From the NCBI GenBank assembly GCA_964572255.1, contig CAZNEE010000001.1, positions 139,520-203,519 of the forward strand: a stretch of 64,000 bases of DNA. Direction: 5' to 3'. The notes beneath the pieces were generated by a model that worked only from the letters and a program-made list of their open reading frames with translations, was not told where the DNA came from and did not search any database. The DNA is from an uncultured Planctomycetia bacterium. Its GTDB lineage: Bacteria; Omnitrophota; Gorgyraeia; Tantalellales; Tantalellaceae. Made by a program: the position numbers and the translations under genes. Shown here one piece after another: positions 9,196 through 19,522 of this stretch. Position 1 is the first letter of the stretch, and the number at the start of each line of letters is the position of its first letter.

Positions 9196-11139
9196 ATGGC
9201 CCTTTCCAGCAATATATTTAATGAAAATGGCATTATAGCGGGCGGGATGCCCGGCTATGAAATGAGACCGCAGCAGCTCCAGATGGCAGAGGCAACAGAA
9301 AGGGCCATTGAGAGCGGTGCGCATCTTATTGTAGAAGCCGGTACAGGTATCGGGAAAAGTCTTGCCTATCTTATTCCGTTCATTTATTGGGCCGTCCGGG
9401 GGAATAAGAAAGTCGCTATATCAACGTATACAAAAACCCTTCAGAACCAGCTTTTCATAAAAGATCTCCCGTTTCTGGCAAAAAATTTGGATATAAAATT
9501 CAGCTATGCATTATGTATGGGGTCCGAAAATTATGTATGCTTGAGAAAGCTATACAGGAACCAGACAGGCAGTTTATTCAGCGGGAAACGGGAAAAGAAG
9601 CAAATCGAAAAGATCCTGCAGTGGGCGGAACATACTGAAACGGGCCTTAAGTCTGACCTTGATTTTGTCCCGGCCGAGAACCTGTGGAAGAGTTTTTCAC
9701 GGGAAGCCGATATGTGCAGGTGGCAAAAATGCCCGAATAAAGAAAATTGTTTTTATTATAAAAACCGCCAGAAGCAAAACGAATCTCATATCCTTATAAC
9801 AAACCATTCGCTTCTTTTTTCGGACATGATATCCGAATCGCGCGTTCTGCCTGATTATCATGGTTTAGTCCTGGATGAAGCGCATACTTTGGCGGATGTC
9901 GCTACAAAGCATTTCGGAGAGACTTTTTCCAACATGGGGATAAAATATATTGTAGAGAATATTTTAAAGATCCTTCCGGATGATATGAGAGATCTAAAGA
10001 AGCAGGCTAAAAAGGTCTTGAAAGTTTCAGACGGATTTTTTAAAAAAGTTGAAGAATTTTATGGGAAAGAAACCAAAATTGAACAATTCCAGAGTAGCCA
10101 GTTCTCTCCTGAAGAGATCCGGGATTCCTTAAAAGAATTATCATTTTTGTTGTCGGCCGCAAGCCGTGAAACGGAAGATGAGGAAACAGCGGAACTTATA
10201 AAGACATACGCCATGCGGTGCCATAATTTTTCCGAGAAAATAGATTTTATATTTAACGGTGACACGGACGAGTATGTTCTATGGCTGGATATAAAGAGCA
10301 TGCGCAGGGAAATGATATATTCTTTTCATGCCGAGCCGGTCGATATAAGTGAGAAACTAAAAGTATTTTTATTCGATCGGATAGCGCCTATTATCATGAC
10401 TTCCGCTACATTATCCTCTTCCAGCAGGGCAAGAAAGGATGATTTTACATTTTTCAAAAGAAACTTGGGAATAGAACGTTGTGACGAACTTTCTTTGGGT
10501 TCGCCTTTTGATTATTCGAACAATGTATTGATCTACCAGCCGGGGGGGATATCCGATCCTAACAAGGATTTTGAGAATTTCAAAGAGCAGGTATCCGGGC
10601 AAATTGTTGAATTGTACAGAATAATGGGCGGCAGGATATTCGTTCTTTTTACGAGTTACAATATGATGAATAAAGTTGCAGAGCACTTTAAAGAGAAACA
10701 TGAGGACATAAGCATCTTAAAACAAGGGGACATGCCGCGTTATGTATTGCTTGATGTGTTTAAACGTGATCGTAAAAGTCTGCTTCTTGGAACAGCATCT
10801 TTCTGGCAGGGGGTAGATGTTCCGGGAAGTTCTTTGGAGTGTGTTGTAATTACGAAACTTCCGTTTTCTTCGCCGGCTGATCCTTTGAATGCGGCCCGGA
10901 TAGAACATATGAGGAAAAAAGGCCTCGATGCGTTCAATGAATATCAGCTGCCTCAGGCAGTTCTTATGTTCAAGCAAGGGTTCGGACGCCTTATAAGGAG
11001 CAGCACCGATAGAGGGGTAGTTGCCGTATTAGATCCAAGGGTAAGCACGCGCAGTTACGGCAGGGAATTCATTAAAGCTTTGCCGCATTGCTCCAAGACA
11101 TCGGACATCGAGGATGTAAGGGGTTTCTTTAGATCCTAA
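9196..11139 (+). CDS. dinG: ATP-dependent DNA helicase, DinG/Rad3 (XPD) family
   Basis: Walker A GTGIGKS, DEAH box (LVLDEAH), a Cys cluster in the FeS region (CLRK...CRWQKC...C) and a helicase C-terminal domain. Confidence 0.8.
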   Translation: MALSSNIFNENGIIAGGMPGYEMRPQQLQMAEATERAIESGAHLIVEAGTGIGKSLAYLIPFIYWAVRGNKKVAISTYTKTLQNQLFIKDLPFLAKNLDIKFSYALCMGSENYVCLRKLYRNQTGSLFSGKREKKQIEKILQWAEHTETGLKSDLDFVPAENLWKSFSREADMCRWQKCPNKENCFYYKNRQKQNESHILITNHSLLFSDMISESRVLPDYHGLVLDEAHTLADVATKHFGETFSNMGIKYIVENILKILPDDMRDLKKQAKKVLKVSDGFFKKVEEFYGKETKIEQFQSSQFSPEEIRDSLKELSFLLSAASRETEDEETAELIKTYAMRCHNFSEKIDFIFNGDTDEYVLWLDIKSMRREMIYSFHAEPVDISEKLKVFLFDRIAPIIMTSATLSSSSRARKDDFTFFKRNLGIERCDELSLGSPFDYSNNVLIYQPGGISDPNKDFENFKEQVSGQIVELYRIMGGRIFVLFTSYNMMNKVAEHFKEKHEDISILKQGDMPRYVLLDVFKRDRKSLLLGTASFWQGVDVPGSSLECVVITKLPFSSPADPLNAARIEHMRKKGLDAFNEYQLPQAVLMFKQGFGRLIRSSTDRGVVAVLDPRVSTRSYGREFIKALPHCSKTSDIEDVRGFFRS

Positions 11140-11154
11140 AAAACTTTTCTGCTC

Positions 11155-11184
11155 TTGCCATTCTTTGATCCAACGTATTATAAT
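11155..11184 (+). promoter_or_regulatory. Putative sigma70 promoter for the moxR-bat operon (TTGCCA-18-TATAAT)
   Basis: -35 at 11155-11160 and -10 at 11179-11184, seen in the sequence. Confidence 0.35.
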
Positions 11185-11236
11185 ATTAAAATCAGTTTAG
11201 CGGATAAATTATAAATATTTAAACGGAGGTGTAAAT

Positions 11237-12229
11237 ATGTCCAACGGTATAACCGCAATAAATCAGAAGGTCGAGAAAGAAAGTCTTTTTATTGAAGAAC
11301 TTCTGGCGGAGATCAGAAAAGTGATCGTGGGCCAGGAACATCTCGTACAGCGTTTATTAGTGGGGCTTTTGGCGAACGGCCATGTCCTTATAGAGGGTGT
11401 GCCCGGTCTGGCGAAAACGATGTCTGTCAGGGTGCTTTCGGCAGCTATTGACACTAAATTCCAGAGATTGCAGTTCACGCCGGATCTTTTGCCGGCCGAT
11501 CTTATAGGGACCATGGTATATAATCCTAAAGACGGTACTTTTACCACGAAAAAGGGGCCCATCTTTGCCAACTTGATCCTGGCTGACGAGATCAACAGAG
11601 CACCCGCCAAAGTTCAGAGCGCGCTTTTGGAAGCCATGCAGGAAAGACAGGTGACGATAAGCGACAATACGTTCAAGCTTGGCGATCCGTTTCTTGTTCT
11701 GGCCACACAGAATCCTATCGAGCAGGAGGGAACATACCACCTGCCCGAAGCGCAGGTGGATAGATTCATGCTGAAGATCAATATAGGGTATCCGAATAAA
11801 GAAGAAGAGCATAAGATCCTTAAACGGATGGCTTTCACTGACAAGAAATTGGACGTAAAACCGGTAATATCCCCGAAAAAGATCATTGAGATCAGGAACG
11901 TCATCGATGAAGTTTACATGGACGAGAAGATAGAGAAGTACATTATAGATATAGTTTTCGCTACCCGCCAGCCGAAGGATTACGGGCTTGATGACCTGGA
12001 AGGGCTTATAGAATACGGAGCTTCACCCAGAGCAAGCATTTATCTGACCTTGGCTGCCAAAGCTTTTGCTTTCATTCAGCGAAGGGGCTATGTAACCCCT
12101 CAGGACGTAAAATCCATAGGGCTTGATGTCCTGCGTCACAGGGTCATACCCAGCTATGAAGCGGAAGCCGAAGACAAAACCTCAGACGATATCATAAAAA
12201 GGGTTTTCGAAGAAGTCGAAGTGCCATGA
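11237..12229 (+). CDS. moxR: MoxR-family AAA+ ATPase
   Basis: Walker A GVPGLAKT, the canonical MoxR N-terminus (ELLAEIRKVIVGQEHLVQRLLVGLLANGHVLIEGVPG) and Walker B LADEINRA. Confidence 0.9.
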   Translation: MSNGITAINQKVEKESLFIEELLAEIRKVIVGQEHLVQRLLVGLLANGHVLIEGVPGLAKTMSVRVLSAAIDTKFQRLQFTPDLLPADLIGTMVYNPKDGTFTTKKGPIFANLILADEINRAPAKVQSALLEAMQERQVTISDNTFKLGDPFLVLATQNPIEQEGTYHLPEAQVDRFMLKINIGYPNKEEEHKILKRMAFTDKKLDVKPVISPKKIIEIRNVIDEVYMDEKIEKYIIDIVFATRQPKDYGLDDLEGLIEYGASPRASIYLTLAAKAFAFIQRRGYVTPQDVKSIGLDVLRHRVIPSYEAEAEDKTSDDIIKRVFEEVEVP

Positions 12230-13110
12230 TACCGAAAGATATAATCAGTAAAATAAGAAGGATACAGATCACGACTTCCCGTAAAGTTTCTGACGTATTT
12301 GCGGGACAATATCTGAGCGTGTTTAAGGGTATAGGCATGGAGTTTGATGAAGTTCGCGAATACACACCCGGGGACGAGATACGTTCTATCGACTGGAACG
12401 TAACGGCGCGTATGGGGCATCCGTATGTTAAGAAGTTCGTTGAAGAGAGGGAACTTACGATAATGATACTTCTTGATGTATCCATGTCATGCCGTTTCGG
12501 AACACTGGGGCGGACGAAGGATGATCTTGCCGCTGAAATATGTTCGGTCCTGGCATTTTCTGCCATACAAAATAACGACAAGGTGGGTATGATCACGTTC
12601 ACTGACGGGGTAGAAAAATTTATCCCGCCCCGTAAAGGCGTTAAACATGTCCTGAGAGTGGTCAGGGAAGCGTTGTATAACAAGCCCAAAGGCACGAAGA
12701 CGGATATAAACAATGTCCTGGAACATCTTAACAGGGTTACCACGCGCAGCACGATCTCGTTTATCATTTCCGATTTTTTCGCTCCTGATTTCAAGAAAAT
12801 ATTATCTATAACAAATAAAAGACATGATGTAATAGCGATCACTATCACTGATCCGGCCGAAATTGAACTTCCCAATGCGGGAATTGTGATGGTCCACGAT
12901 GCCGAAACAGGGCTGCCTTACACGATAGATACTTCAGATCGATCGGTTGTAGAAAGCTACAAAGCAAAGACAAAAAAAATGACAGAGGCGAGAAAAGAGG
13001 TCTTCCGTTCCGTGAAAGTCGATAATATAGACGTTAAAACGGATGAGTCTTACATAGAACCTCTTATAAATTTTTTCAAAATGCGTGAAAGACGATTAAG
13101 AAGAATATGA
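12226..13110 (+). CDS. DUF58 (vWA-like) protein, MoxR partner
   Basis: FKGIGMEFDEVREYTPGDEIRSIDWNVTAR signature; ATGA overlap with moxR. Confidence 0.85.
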   Translation: MIPKDIISKIRRIQITTSRKVSDVFAGQYLSVFKGIGMEFDEVREYTPGDEIRSIDWNVTARMGHPYVKKFVEERELTIMILLDVSMSCRFGTLGRTKDDLAAEICSVLAFSAIQNNDKVGMITFTDGVEKFIPPRKGVKHVLRVVREALYNKPKGTKTDINNVLEHLNRVTTRSTISFIISDFFAPDFKKILSITNKRHDVIAITITDPAEIELPNAGIVMVHDAETGLPYTIDTSDRSVVESYKAKTKKMTEARKEVFRSVKVDNIDVKTDESYIEPLINFFKMRERRLRRI

Positions 13111-14039
13111 GAAAAGCGCTTTTCATTCTTTTTGCAGTTTTCTTTTTGTCCCAACCGGTGACTTTTGGCGAAAAAGCTTTGATCCCGCCTGATATAGAGG
13201 CTAAGGTCGATAAGGATAAAATACGTATCGGTGACAGGATAAAGCTCGAAGTAGTGGCGAAGGATAAAAAAGGATTGGACGTATCACTCCCCGAAAAGCC
13301 GGATGATTTAGGCGCGTTTTCTTTGATCTCTTCGGCGCCTATTAAAAAAGGTTTTTTTGGAAAAGAAACTATCGGCAGGGAGTATATTTTAAGTATTTAC
13401 ACTACAGGCTCTCATGAGATTCCTTCTGTACCTGTCGGATATAAAAGGACCGGCGGAACTGACTGGATCATGGCCGAAAGTCCCAAAGTTATGATAGAAG
13501 TCCAGAGCGTTCTGAAGGGGGACGAAACGGACATAAAAGATATCAAAGGGCTTATTCTTTACAGGAGCAAGACATTATTGTTCTTAGTTTTAATAATGAT
13601 CGTTGCCCTGATCTTGCTTCTTTTCTTTTTCCGGAAGAGATTAAAAGAATCTTTTAGGATCAGGAAAGTTGCTGTAAAGCCCGCTTACATAATAGCATAT
13701 GAAGAGTTGGAAGCGCTTCGTGAAATGCATCTGCCGGAGGCGGGTAAGATCAAAGAGTATTATATAAGGCTTTCTGACATAGTAAGAAGATATATCGAGA
13801 ACAGATTTTCGTACAAAGCCCCTGAGATGACCACGGAAGAATTCTTATCCAGCATAAAAAACTCTACAAAAATACAGAAAGAGAGCAAGGAATTCTTGAA
13901 GGAATTTTTATCGCGTTCCGACATGGTCAAATTCGCTAAGTACAGTTCGACGCTTCCTGAGATGGAGAAAAGTTTTGTTCTTGCCGAAGAATTTATTGAC
14001 CGGACAAAACCGGTTGAGCAGAAGGGTGAGAATAGATGA
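13107..14039 (+). CDS. Bat-operon membrane protein (signal peptide + one central TM; DUF4381-like position)
   Basis: Signal peptide, a TM LLFLVLIMIVALILLLFFF, and its position between DUF58 and batA as in canonical Bat operons. Confidence 0.55.
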   Translation: MRKALFILFAVFFLSQPVTFGEKALIPPDIEAKVDKDKIRIGDRIKLEVVAKDKKGLDVSLPEKPDDLGAFSLISSAPIKKGFFGKETIGREYILSIYTTGSHEIPSVPVGYKRTGGTDWIMAESPKVMIEVQSVLKGDETDIKDIKGLILYRSKTLLFLVLIMIVALILLLFFFRKRLKESFRIRKVAVKPAYIIAYEELEALREMHLPEAGKIKEYYIRLSDIVRRYIENRFSYKAPEMTTEEFLSSIKNSTKIQKESKEFLKEFLSRSDMVKFAKYSSTLPEMEKSFVLAEEFIDRTKPVEQKGENR

Positions 14040-15037
14040 GGTTTGATAATCCCTGGATCCTTTTACTTTGTTTTTTAGCGCCTTTATTGGTCTGGGCGGA
14101 GAAAAGGCTTCAAAGCCGCTCAAAGAGCACATTTCGGTTCTCTAATATCGATCTGGTAAGTTCTTTAAAACCGTCTTTGAGGATCATCCTAAGTGAGAAC
14201 ATGGTCTATTTGAGGGCGCTTAGCCTTATTTTTATTATTTTTGCGCTTGCGCGGCCGCAAATGCCAATTGAAGAGACAAGGATCTATGTTGAAGGAGTGG
14301 ATATAGTTCTTGCTGTGGATACTTCGACAAGTATGCGCGCGATGGATTTCGAGATAGACGGAAAGAGAGTTGACAGGCTCGAGGTCGTGAAAAGAGTAGT
14401 TGAGGATTTTATCGCGAAAAGGCCGGACGACAGGATCGGCATGGTAGCGTTCGCCGCGTTCGCGTATACGGTTTGTCCTCTTACGCTTGATCATGATTGG
14501 CTCGAGAAGAATCTGGAAAGAGTTAAGATCGGAATGGTTGAAGACGGTACGGCCATAGGATCCGCCATAAGTTCGTCTTTGAACAGGCTTAAGGATTCGG
14601 AGGCCAAGGAAAAAATAATCATTCTTCTTACCGACGGCAGGAACAATGCCGGCAGGATAACCCCGATGGTCGCTGCCGAGGCGGCCCAGGCTTTGGGGAT
14701 AAAGGCATATACAATAGGCGCGGGGACAAGAGGCCTTGCGCCGTTTCCCGTAAAAAACATGTTCGGGGAAACGGTGCTCCAGCCTGTCGAGGTAGAGATC
14801 GATGAAGGCCTTCTTAAGGGAATAGCAGAAACTACCGGCGGAGAATATTTCAGGGCAACTGATACCGAATCCCTGCAGAATATTTACGAAGAGATCGATA
14901 AGTTAGAAAAGACCCGCATGGAAGAAGTGGGATACAACCGGTACAGGGAACTTTTCGCGATGTTTCTTATTCCCGGGATCTGTTTGCTGCTCCTACAGAT
15001 TTTATTGTCAAATACTGTATTGAGGAGGATACCATAA
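14036..15037 (+). CDS. batA: vWA-domain membrane protein BatA
   Basis: MIDAS motif DIVLAVDTSTSM, N-terminal TMs and a C-terminal TM; coupled to its neighbours. Confidence 0.8.
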   Translation: MRFDNPWILLLCFLAPLLVWAEKRLQSRSKSTFRFSNIDLVSSLKPSLRIILSENMVYLRALSLIFIIFALARPQMPIEETRIYVEGVDIVLAVDTSTSMRAMDFEIDGKRVDRLEVVKRVVEDFIAKRPDDRIGMVAFAAFAYTVCPLTLDHDWLEKNLERVKIGMVEDGTAIGSAISSSLNRLKDSEAKEKIIILLTDGRNNAGRITPMVAAEAAQALGIKAYTIGAGTRGLAPFPVKNMFGETVLQPVEVEIDEGLLKGIAETTGGEYFRATDTESLQNIYEEIDKLEKTRMEEVGYNRYRELFAMFLIPGICLLLLQILLSNTVLRRIP

Positions 15038-16044
15038 TGAAGTTCGGCGCTCCGCACAATACAGTTTGGTTATGGCTTGTATTCGGGCTTATTGTTTTTT
15101 ATATATGGGCTTTCAGATCAAGGAGGAAAGCTCTTGAAAAATTTGCTAATTTTGATCTTCTGAAAGGTATCTCAAAAGAAGTAAGCATTCGCAGGAAAAA
15201 AATAAAATCATACATGGTTATTATAGCTTTTACGTTTCTTATCATTGCGCTCATGAGGCCTCAATGGGGGTTTAGATGGCAGGAGGTAAAAAGGCACGGT
15301 CTGGATATACTGATAGCTCTTGATACCTCGAACAGCATGTTGGCCGAGGATGTTCTTCCCAATAGACTGGAAAGATCAAAACTTGCCGTAAAAGATCTGG
15401 TCAAGAAATTGAAAGGCGACAGGATGGGCCTTGTATGTTTCGCGGGAAGGGCCTTTCTCCAGTGCCCCTTAACAATAGATTATGACGGCTTTTTGCTTTC
15501 TTTAGAAGATGTAGGTGCGGATACTATACCTCTTGGCGGGACGGCTATTTCACAGGCCATAAATGTCGCGTTAAAAAGTTATGAGGGAGGAGGAGAAAAA
15601 TATAAGATCCTGGTTATCATAACTGATGGAGAAGATCATGAAGGAGGTATAGATAATGCTATCCAGAGAGCCAAAGAGGCCAGGATAAAAATATTTTGTG
15701 TAGGAATAGGTTCATCCGAGGGAGAATTAATTCCGATCGATACTTCAAGAGGAAAAAGAGAGTTCCTTAAAGATGCTGAAGGAAATATAGTCAAAACCAG
15801 GCTCAATGAATCGCTTCTTCAAAAGATAGCCCTGGAAACAGGCGGTGCGTATGTGCGGGGAACAGGCGCGGAATTGGGGCTTGACGTTATATATGATAAG
15901 TGGCTCTCCAAAATGGAGAAACAGGAACTAAAAAGTAAGATGGAAAAACAGTATTATGAACGTTTTCAACTGCCGTTAGCGATCGCTTTTTTACTTCTTT
16001 TGATAGAGCCGCTTATCGGGGACAGAAGGAAAGAAAAAACTTAA
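15037..16044 (+). CDS. batB: vWA-domain membrane protein BatB
   Basis: MIDAS motif DILIALDTSNSM, N-terminal TMs and a C-terminal TM. Confidence 0.8.
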   Translation: MKFGAPHNTVWLWLVFGLIVFYIWAFRSRRKALEKFANFDLLKGISKEVSIRRKKIKSYMVIIAFTFLIIALMRPQWGFRWQEVKRHGLDILIALDTSNSMLAEDVLPNRLERSKLAVKDLVKKLKGDRMGLVCFAGRAFLQCPLTIDYDGFLLSLEDVGADTIPLGGTAISQAINVALKSYEGGGEKYKILVIITDGEDHEGGIDNAIQRAKEARIKIFCVGIGSSEGELIPIDTSRGKREFLKDAEGNIVKTRLNESLLQKIALETGGAYVRGTGAELGLDVIYDKWLSKMEKQELKSKMEKQYYERFQLPLAIAFLLLLIEPLIGDRRKEKT

Positions 16045-16050
16045 AACAAT

Positions 16051-16920
16051 ATGAGAATATTTTTCAAGATATATACCCTGATCATCTTTACAGCAATTAT
16101 TCTCTTGGCCGGATCGGATATTTTGTGCGCCGCTTCCGGAAGTGTGAAAAAAGGTGATAAGTATTATGAAAAAGAGGAATACGACGCGGCTTTGGAAGAA
16201 TACGATGCGGCGCTTTCGAAAAAACCGGATGATCCCGTGATCCAATATAATCGTGCGGCTACGTTTTATCGCAAAGGAGATTTCGCAAAGGCCATAGAAT
16301 CTTTTTTGAAGTCTTTTGCTTCCGAGAAAAAAGGTTTGGAAGAGAGTTCGGCCTATAATGTCGGGAATAGTAAATATCGTATCGGTGAGAAGGTCCAAAA
16401 AAAGGACCCCAAAGCTGCTTTGAAAGATTTTGGCGAAGCTTTGGAATACTATAAAAGATCCATGGAGATCGACCCGGATGATATGGACGCGAAGATCAAC
16501 TACGAATATACGCTGAAAAAAATGAATGATCTTAAACAAGAGTCCCAGGAACAGCAACAACAGCAACAGCAGCAGGACCAGCAGCCTCAACAAGAACAGG
16601 AGAAACAGGATCAGGAGCAAAAGGACGAACAGCAAAAGAAAGACCAGAAGCAGGAGAAACAGGATCAGCAGAAGGAACAGGAGAAGCAGCAGCAAGAGAA
16701 ACAGCGAGAACAGGAGCAACAACAGAAACAGCAGGAACAACCCAGACCGCAATTTCCAAAAGGCGGAAAGGGTGATACAATAGAAAAGCCCGAGAGCGAA
16801 ATGACTGAAGAAGAAGCAGAAATGCTTTTAAGAGGTCAGGATGAAGAAGAAGCGAGAATGAGGGCGGAACAAAGAAAAGGCAAGAGGTCTTATCAGCCTC
16901 AAGCGTTAATAAATTGGTGA
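16051..16920 (+). CDS. batC: TPR-repeat protein BatC with a Q/E/K-rich low-complexity C-terminal region
   Basis: Signal peptide, TPR repeats (YYEKEEYDAALEEYDAAL...), then about 70 residues of QQQQQQQQDQQPQQEQEKQDQEQK... Confidence 0.7.
   Translation: MRIFFKIYTLIIFTAIILLAGSDILCAASGSVKKGDKYYEKEEYDAALEEYDAALSKKPDDPVIQYNRAATFYRKGDFAKAIESFLKSFASEKKGLEESSAYNVGNSKYRIGEKVQKKDPKAALKDFGEALEYYKRSMEIDPDDMDAKINYEYTLKKMNDLKQESQEQQQQQQQQDQQPQQEQEKQDQEQKDEQQKKDQKQEKQDQQKEQEKQQQEKQREQEQQQKQQEQPRPQFPKGGKGDTIEKPESEMTEEEAEMLLRGQDEEEARMRAEQRKGKRSYQPQALINW
16545..16745. repeat. CAG/CAA/GAG-rich coding low-complexity tract (poly-Q/E/K) inside batC
   Basis: Directly visible (cagcaacaacagcaacagcagcagg...). It also explains the spurious Leu-rich minus ORF 15991..16752. 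Confidence 0.8.
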
Positions 16921-18749
16921 AGATGAAAAAGATCTTAATTATAGGTATGATTTTTTCCTTGCTTGCGGGCATTGCCGCGGCGCAGGATGATATCGGGCTG
17001 GAAGCCAAACTTGAGAGAGATCGTGTTTCTATCGGGAATCCGGTTTACCTCTATTTAACATTTTACGGCAGTCAGAGTTTATCTAAACCCGAAATGGAGT
17101 CGATAGATGGCTTGCAGATAAGTTATGTGGGGCCCTCAACGAGAATATCTGTTGTTAACGGGAAAGTCACGAGATCCATCACTCATACATTTTTGCTGCT
17201 GCCGCTCAAGGAAAGAGATTTCAAGATAGGGCCTTTTTCGGTCGAATACAAAGGTCAAACTTACCAGGCCGGCCCCGTTGAACTTATAGCAAGCAGTGTT
17301 CCTGCCCCGGGCAGGAGATCGCAGGCTCCGCCGGCATCTGTGCCTGTCGGAACTGCCACCGCAGATAAAAAACCTTATATCGGAGACAGGTTATTTTTGA
17401 CAATGGACACGACTAAAAAACGTGTTTACTTGAATGAAATGATACCGATAACGATTAAGTTATATGTATATAACATGAGCCTCAGAGAGATCGAGTACCC
17501 CGTATATTCACATGAAGGTTTTTCTGCCGGCAAAGCGACCGAACCGACAAGACAGAAAGAAATGTATGCGGGGAATATGTATGATGTGCTTGAATTCCGT
17601 CAGGTGCTTTATCCGTTAAAAGAGGGAGATTATACTTTAGGCCCCGCGAGTCTTAGTGCTAAGATCCTGACAAAGGAAAGAACCAAGCGTTCCGCGTTCT
17701 TTGACTGGAGCATATTTGAAGATGATTTTTTCTTTGGGAGTCAGACGTATCCGGTAGAGGTAGAGTCAAAAACAGTTCCTATAACTGTGCTTCCTTTCCC
17801 CGAAAAGGGCAAACCGCAGGATTTTAGCGGTACTGTCGGAGATTTTGATCTGGAAGTCCTGATCGAACCAAAAAAAGTCAAGGTGGGGGATCCTATTGTG
17901 GTACGTATGATCGTAAGCGGCAAGGGCAACCTTGATACCGTGACGGTCCCGTACATTTCAGTCCCGGATGATTTTAAAACTTACGAACCGCAAGTCACTA
18001 AAAAAGAAAAAATTAAGATTTATGAGAAGATCATTATACCTAAAAGTGAAAATGTAAAAGAGATCCCTGAGGTTACGTTCTCATTTTTCAACCCTGATTT
18101 TGGAAGGTATGAAACAATTAAAAAGGGCCCTTTCCCGGTTGAAGTTGCCAGCCAGCCTGATCAGGAGAAGGCGGTCAGGTTTGTTTCGGTCCCCGGAACG
18201 GAACAATTGATCTATCCGGAAGAAAAATTAGGAAGTGATATTATTCATATTAAAGAAGATATAGGAAAAGTTTACATGAAGGGGAAGAGGCTGCATAATA
18301 ATCCGTTCTTCTGGCTTATGCAGTCAATCCCGGCAGTTTTGTTCGGGGCGTTTTTCATCGCATATCGAAGAAAGGAAAAATTACGCACCGATAAAAGATA
18401 CGCAAGAGCCTTTCACGCTCCGAGAAAAGCACGAAAAGGCATCGCAAGAGCCAAAGCTTATTTGGATAAAGGTAATACAGCCCAGTTTTATGATGCTGTT
18501 TTTAAAGTACTTCAGGATTATCTGGGCGATAAATTCAATCTTCCCAAAGGAAGTATTACCAGCCAGATCATTGAGAACGAGTTAAGGCCTGCCGGGTATG
18601 ATGAAAAAGTCCTTGATATGCTGCACGAGGTATTCTTGAAATGTGAAATGGCCCGTTATGCTTCCTCGGTCCCCGGCGGGGAAGAAGCGGCAGAAGTCAT
18701 GGAAAAGGTAAAAAGCATTTTTGATTATATTGAGAGATCAAAAAAATGA
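16914..18749 (+). CDS. batD: BatD-like oxygen-tolerance protein
   Basis: About 600 aa with an N-terminal signal peptide, beta-rich repeats and a C-terminal TM plus cytoplasmic tail, in the canonical operon position. Confidence 0.7.
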   Translation: MVKMKKILIIGMIFSLLAGIAAAQDDIGLEAKLERDRVSIGNPVYLYLTFYGSQSLSKPEMESIDGLQISYVGPSTRISVVNGKVTRSITHTFLLLPLKERDFKIGPFSVEYKGQTYQAGPVELIASSVPAPGRRSQAPPASVPVGTATADKKPYIGDRLFLTMDTTKKRVYLNEMIPITIKLYVYNMSLREIEYPVYSHEGFSAGKATEPTRQKEMYAGNMYDVLEFRQVLYPLKEGDYTLGPASLSAKILTKERTKRSAFFDWSIFEDDFFFGSQTYPVEVESKTVPITVLPFPEKGKPQDFSGTVGDFDLEVLIEPKKVKVGDPIVVRMIVSGKGNLDTVTVPYISVPDDFKTYEPQVTKKEKIKIYEKIIIPKSENVKEIPEVTFSFFNPDFGRYETIKKGPFPVEVASQPDQEKAVRFVSVPGTEQLIYPEEKLGSDIIHIKEDIGKVYMKGKRLHNNPFFWLMQSIPAVLFGAFFIAYRRKEKLRTDKRYARAFHAPRKARKGIARAKAYLDKGNTAQFYDAVFKVLQDYLGDKFNLPKGSITSQIIENELRPAGYDEKVLDMLHEVFLKCEMARYASSVPGGEEAAEVMEKVKSIFDYIERSKK

Positions 18750-19522
18750 AGAAAACACTTTGGATTCTTTTTATAACATTTTTTCTTGCATTGGGAACAT
18801 GTTCTTCGGCGGAAGGCGCTGAAGGTGAAGGTTCCGTTAATATTGAACGCTGCTTTCACCTCGGGAATGATTATTATGAAAAAGGCGAGTACGAAAAGGC
18901 CTTAAGCGAATATAATAAAATATTCCAGTCAGGATATGAAAGTAAATCGCTTTATTATAATACGGCTAATGCATATTTTAAATCCGGGCAATTAGGCAAA
19001 GCCCTTGTAAATTATGAAAGAGCCGTTCGTCTCGCTCCCAGAGATTCGGATCTTATATCTAATTATAAATTCGCCAGATCAAATGTTGCTTCTATGCTGC
19101 AAATAAAAAGGGATATTTGGCTTCTAAGGATCGTGAAAGCATACGGGGAAAAGGTAACCTTAAATGAGCTTATTTGGTTTTCTTCTTTTATATATGTTAT
19201 TATAATCATACTGCTGTTTACGGCGGTTTTAAGGCCCGATGCTTTCAGGCGCATACTCCCAATAAACCTTGCTTTATTGGCGGCGCTGATTTTAAATCTA
19301 TGCGTTATATCAATAAAAGTTTATAATACTGGCAAAGAAGGTGTTATAATCACGCAACAGGTTGAATCCAGATACGGTCCGTTCGACTCGGCTACCGTGT
19401 TTTTTAAATTACATGAAGGCATGAAAGTGAAGATCTTGGATTACAAGGAAGGCTGGGTTAAGGTAAAACGCGCCGACGGTAAGATCGGATGGATCTCTAA
19501 AAGTGATGTGGAAGTGATATGA
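18746..19522 (+). CDS. batE: BatE-like TPR + SH3b domain protein
   Basis: Signal peptide, TPR repeats, 2 TMs, and a C-terminal SH3-like region (EGWVKVKRADGKIGWISKSDVEVI). Confidence 0.65.
   Translation: MKKTLWILFITFFLALGTCSSAEGAEGEGSVNIERCFHLGNDYYEKGEYEKALSEYNKIFQSGYESKSLYYNTANAYFKSGQLGKALVNYERAVRLAPRDSDLISNYKFARSNVASMLQIKRDIWLLRIVKAYGEKVTLNELIWFSSFIYVIIIILLFTAVLRPDAFRRILPINLALLAALILNLCVISIKVYNTGKEGVIITQQVESRYGPFDSATVFFKLHEGMKVKILDYKEGWVKVKRADGKIGWISKSDVEVI

Noticed and set aside
9196-11139. DinG helicase as a possible CasDinG / type IV CRISPR or other defence component
   Set aside because: There is no CRISPR array, no cas-like gene and no nuclease partner nearby. The protein looks like a standard stand-alone DinG/XPD-family helicase.
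15991-16752. 253-aa minus-strand ORF encoding a poly-Leu/Phe 'membrane protein'
   Set aside because: It is the antisense reading of the CAG/CAA/GAG low-complexity tract inside batC (Q/E-rich on the sense strand). It has no RBS and lies inside a well-supported + strand gene.
16526-16783. 85-aa + strand ORF (Arg/Ser/Asn-rich) overlapping batC in another frame
   Set aside because: It is an alternative-frame reading of the same CAG/CAA/GAG repeat tract; batC in frame +1 has TPR homology.
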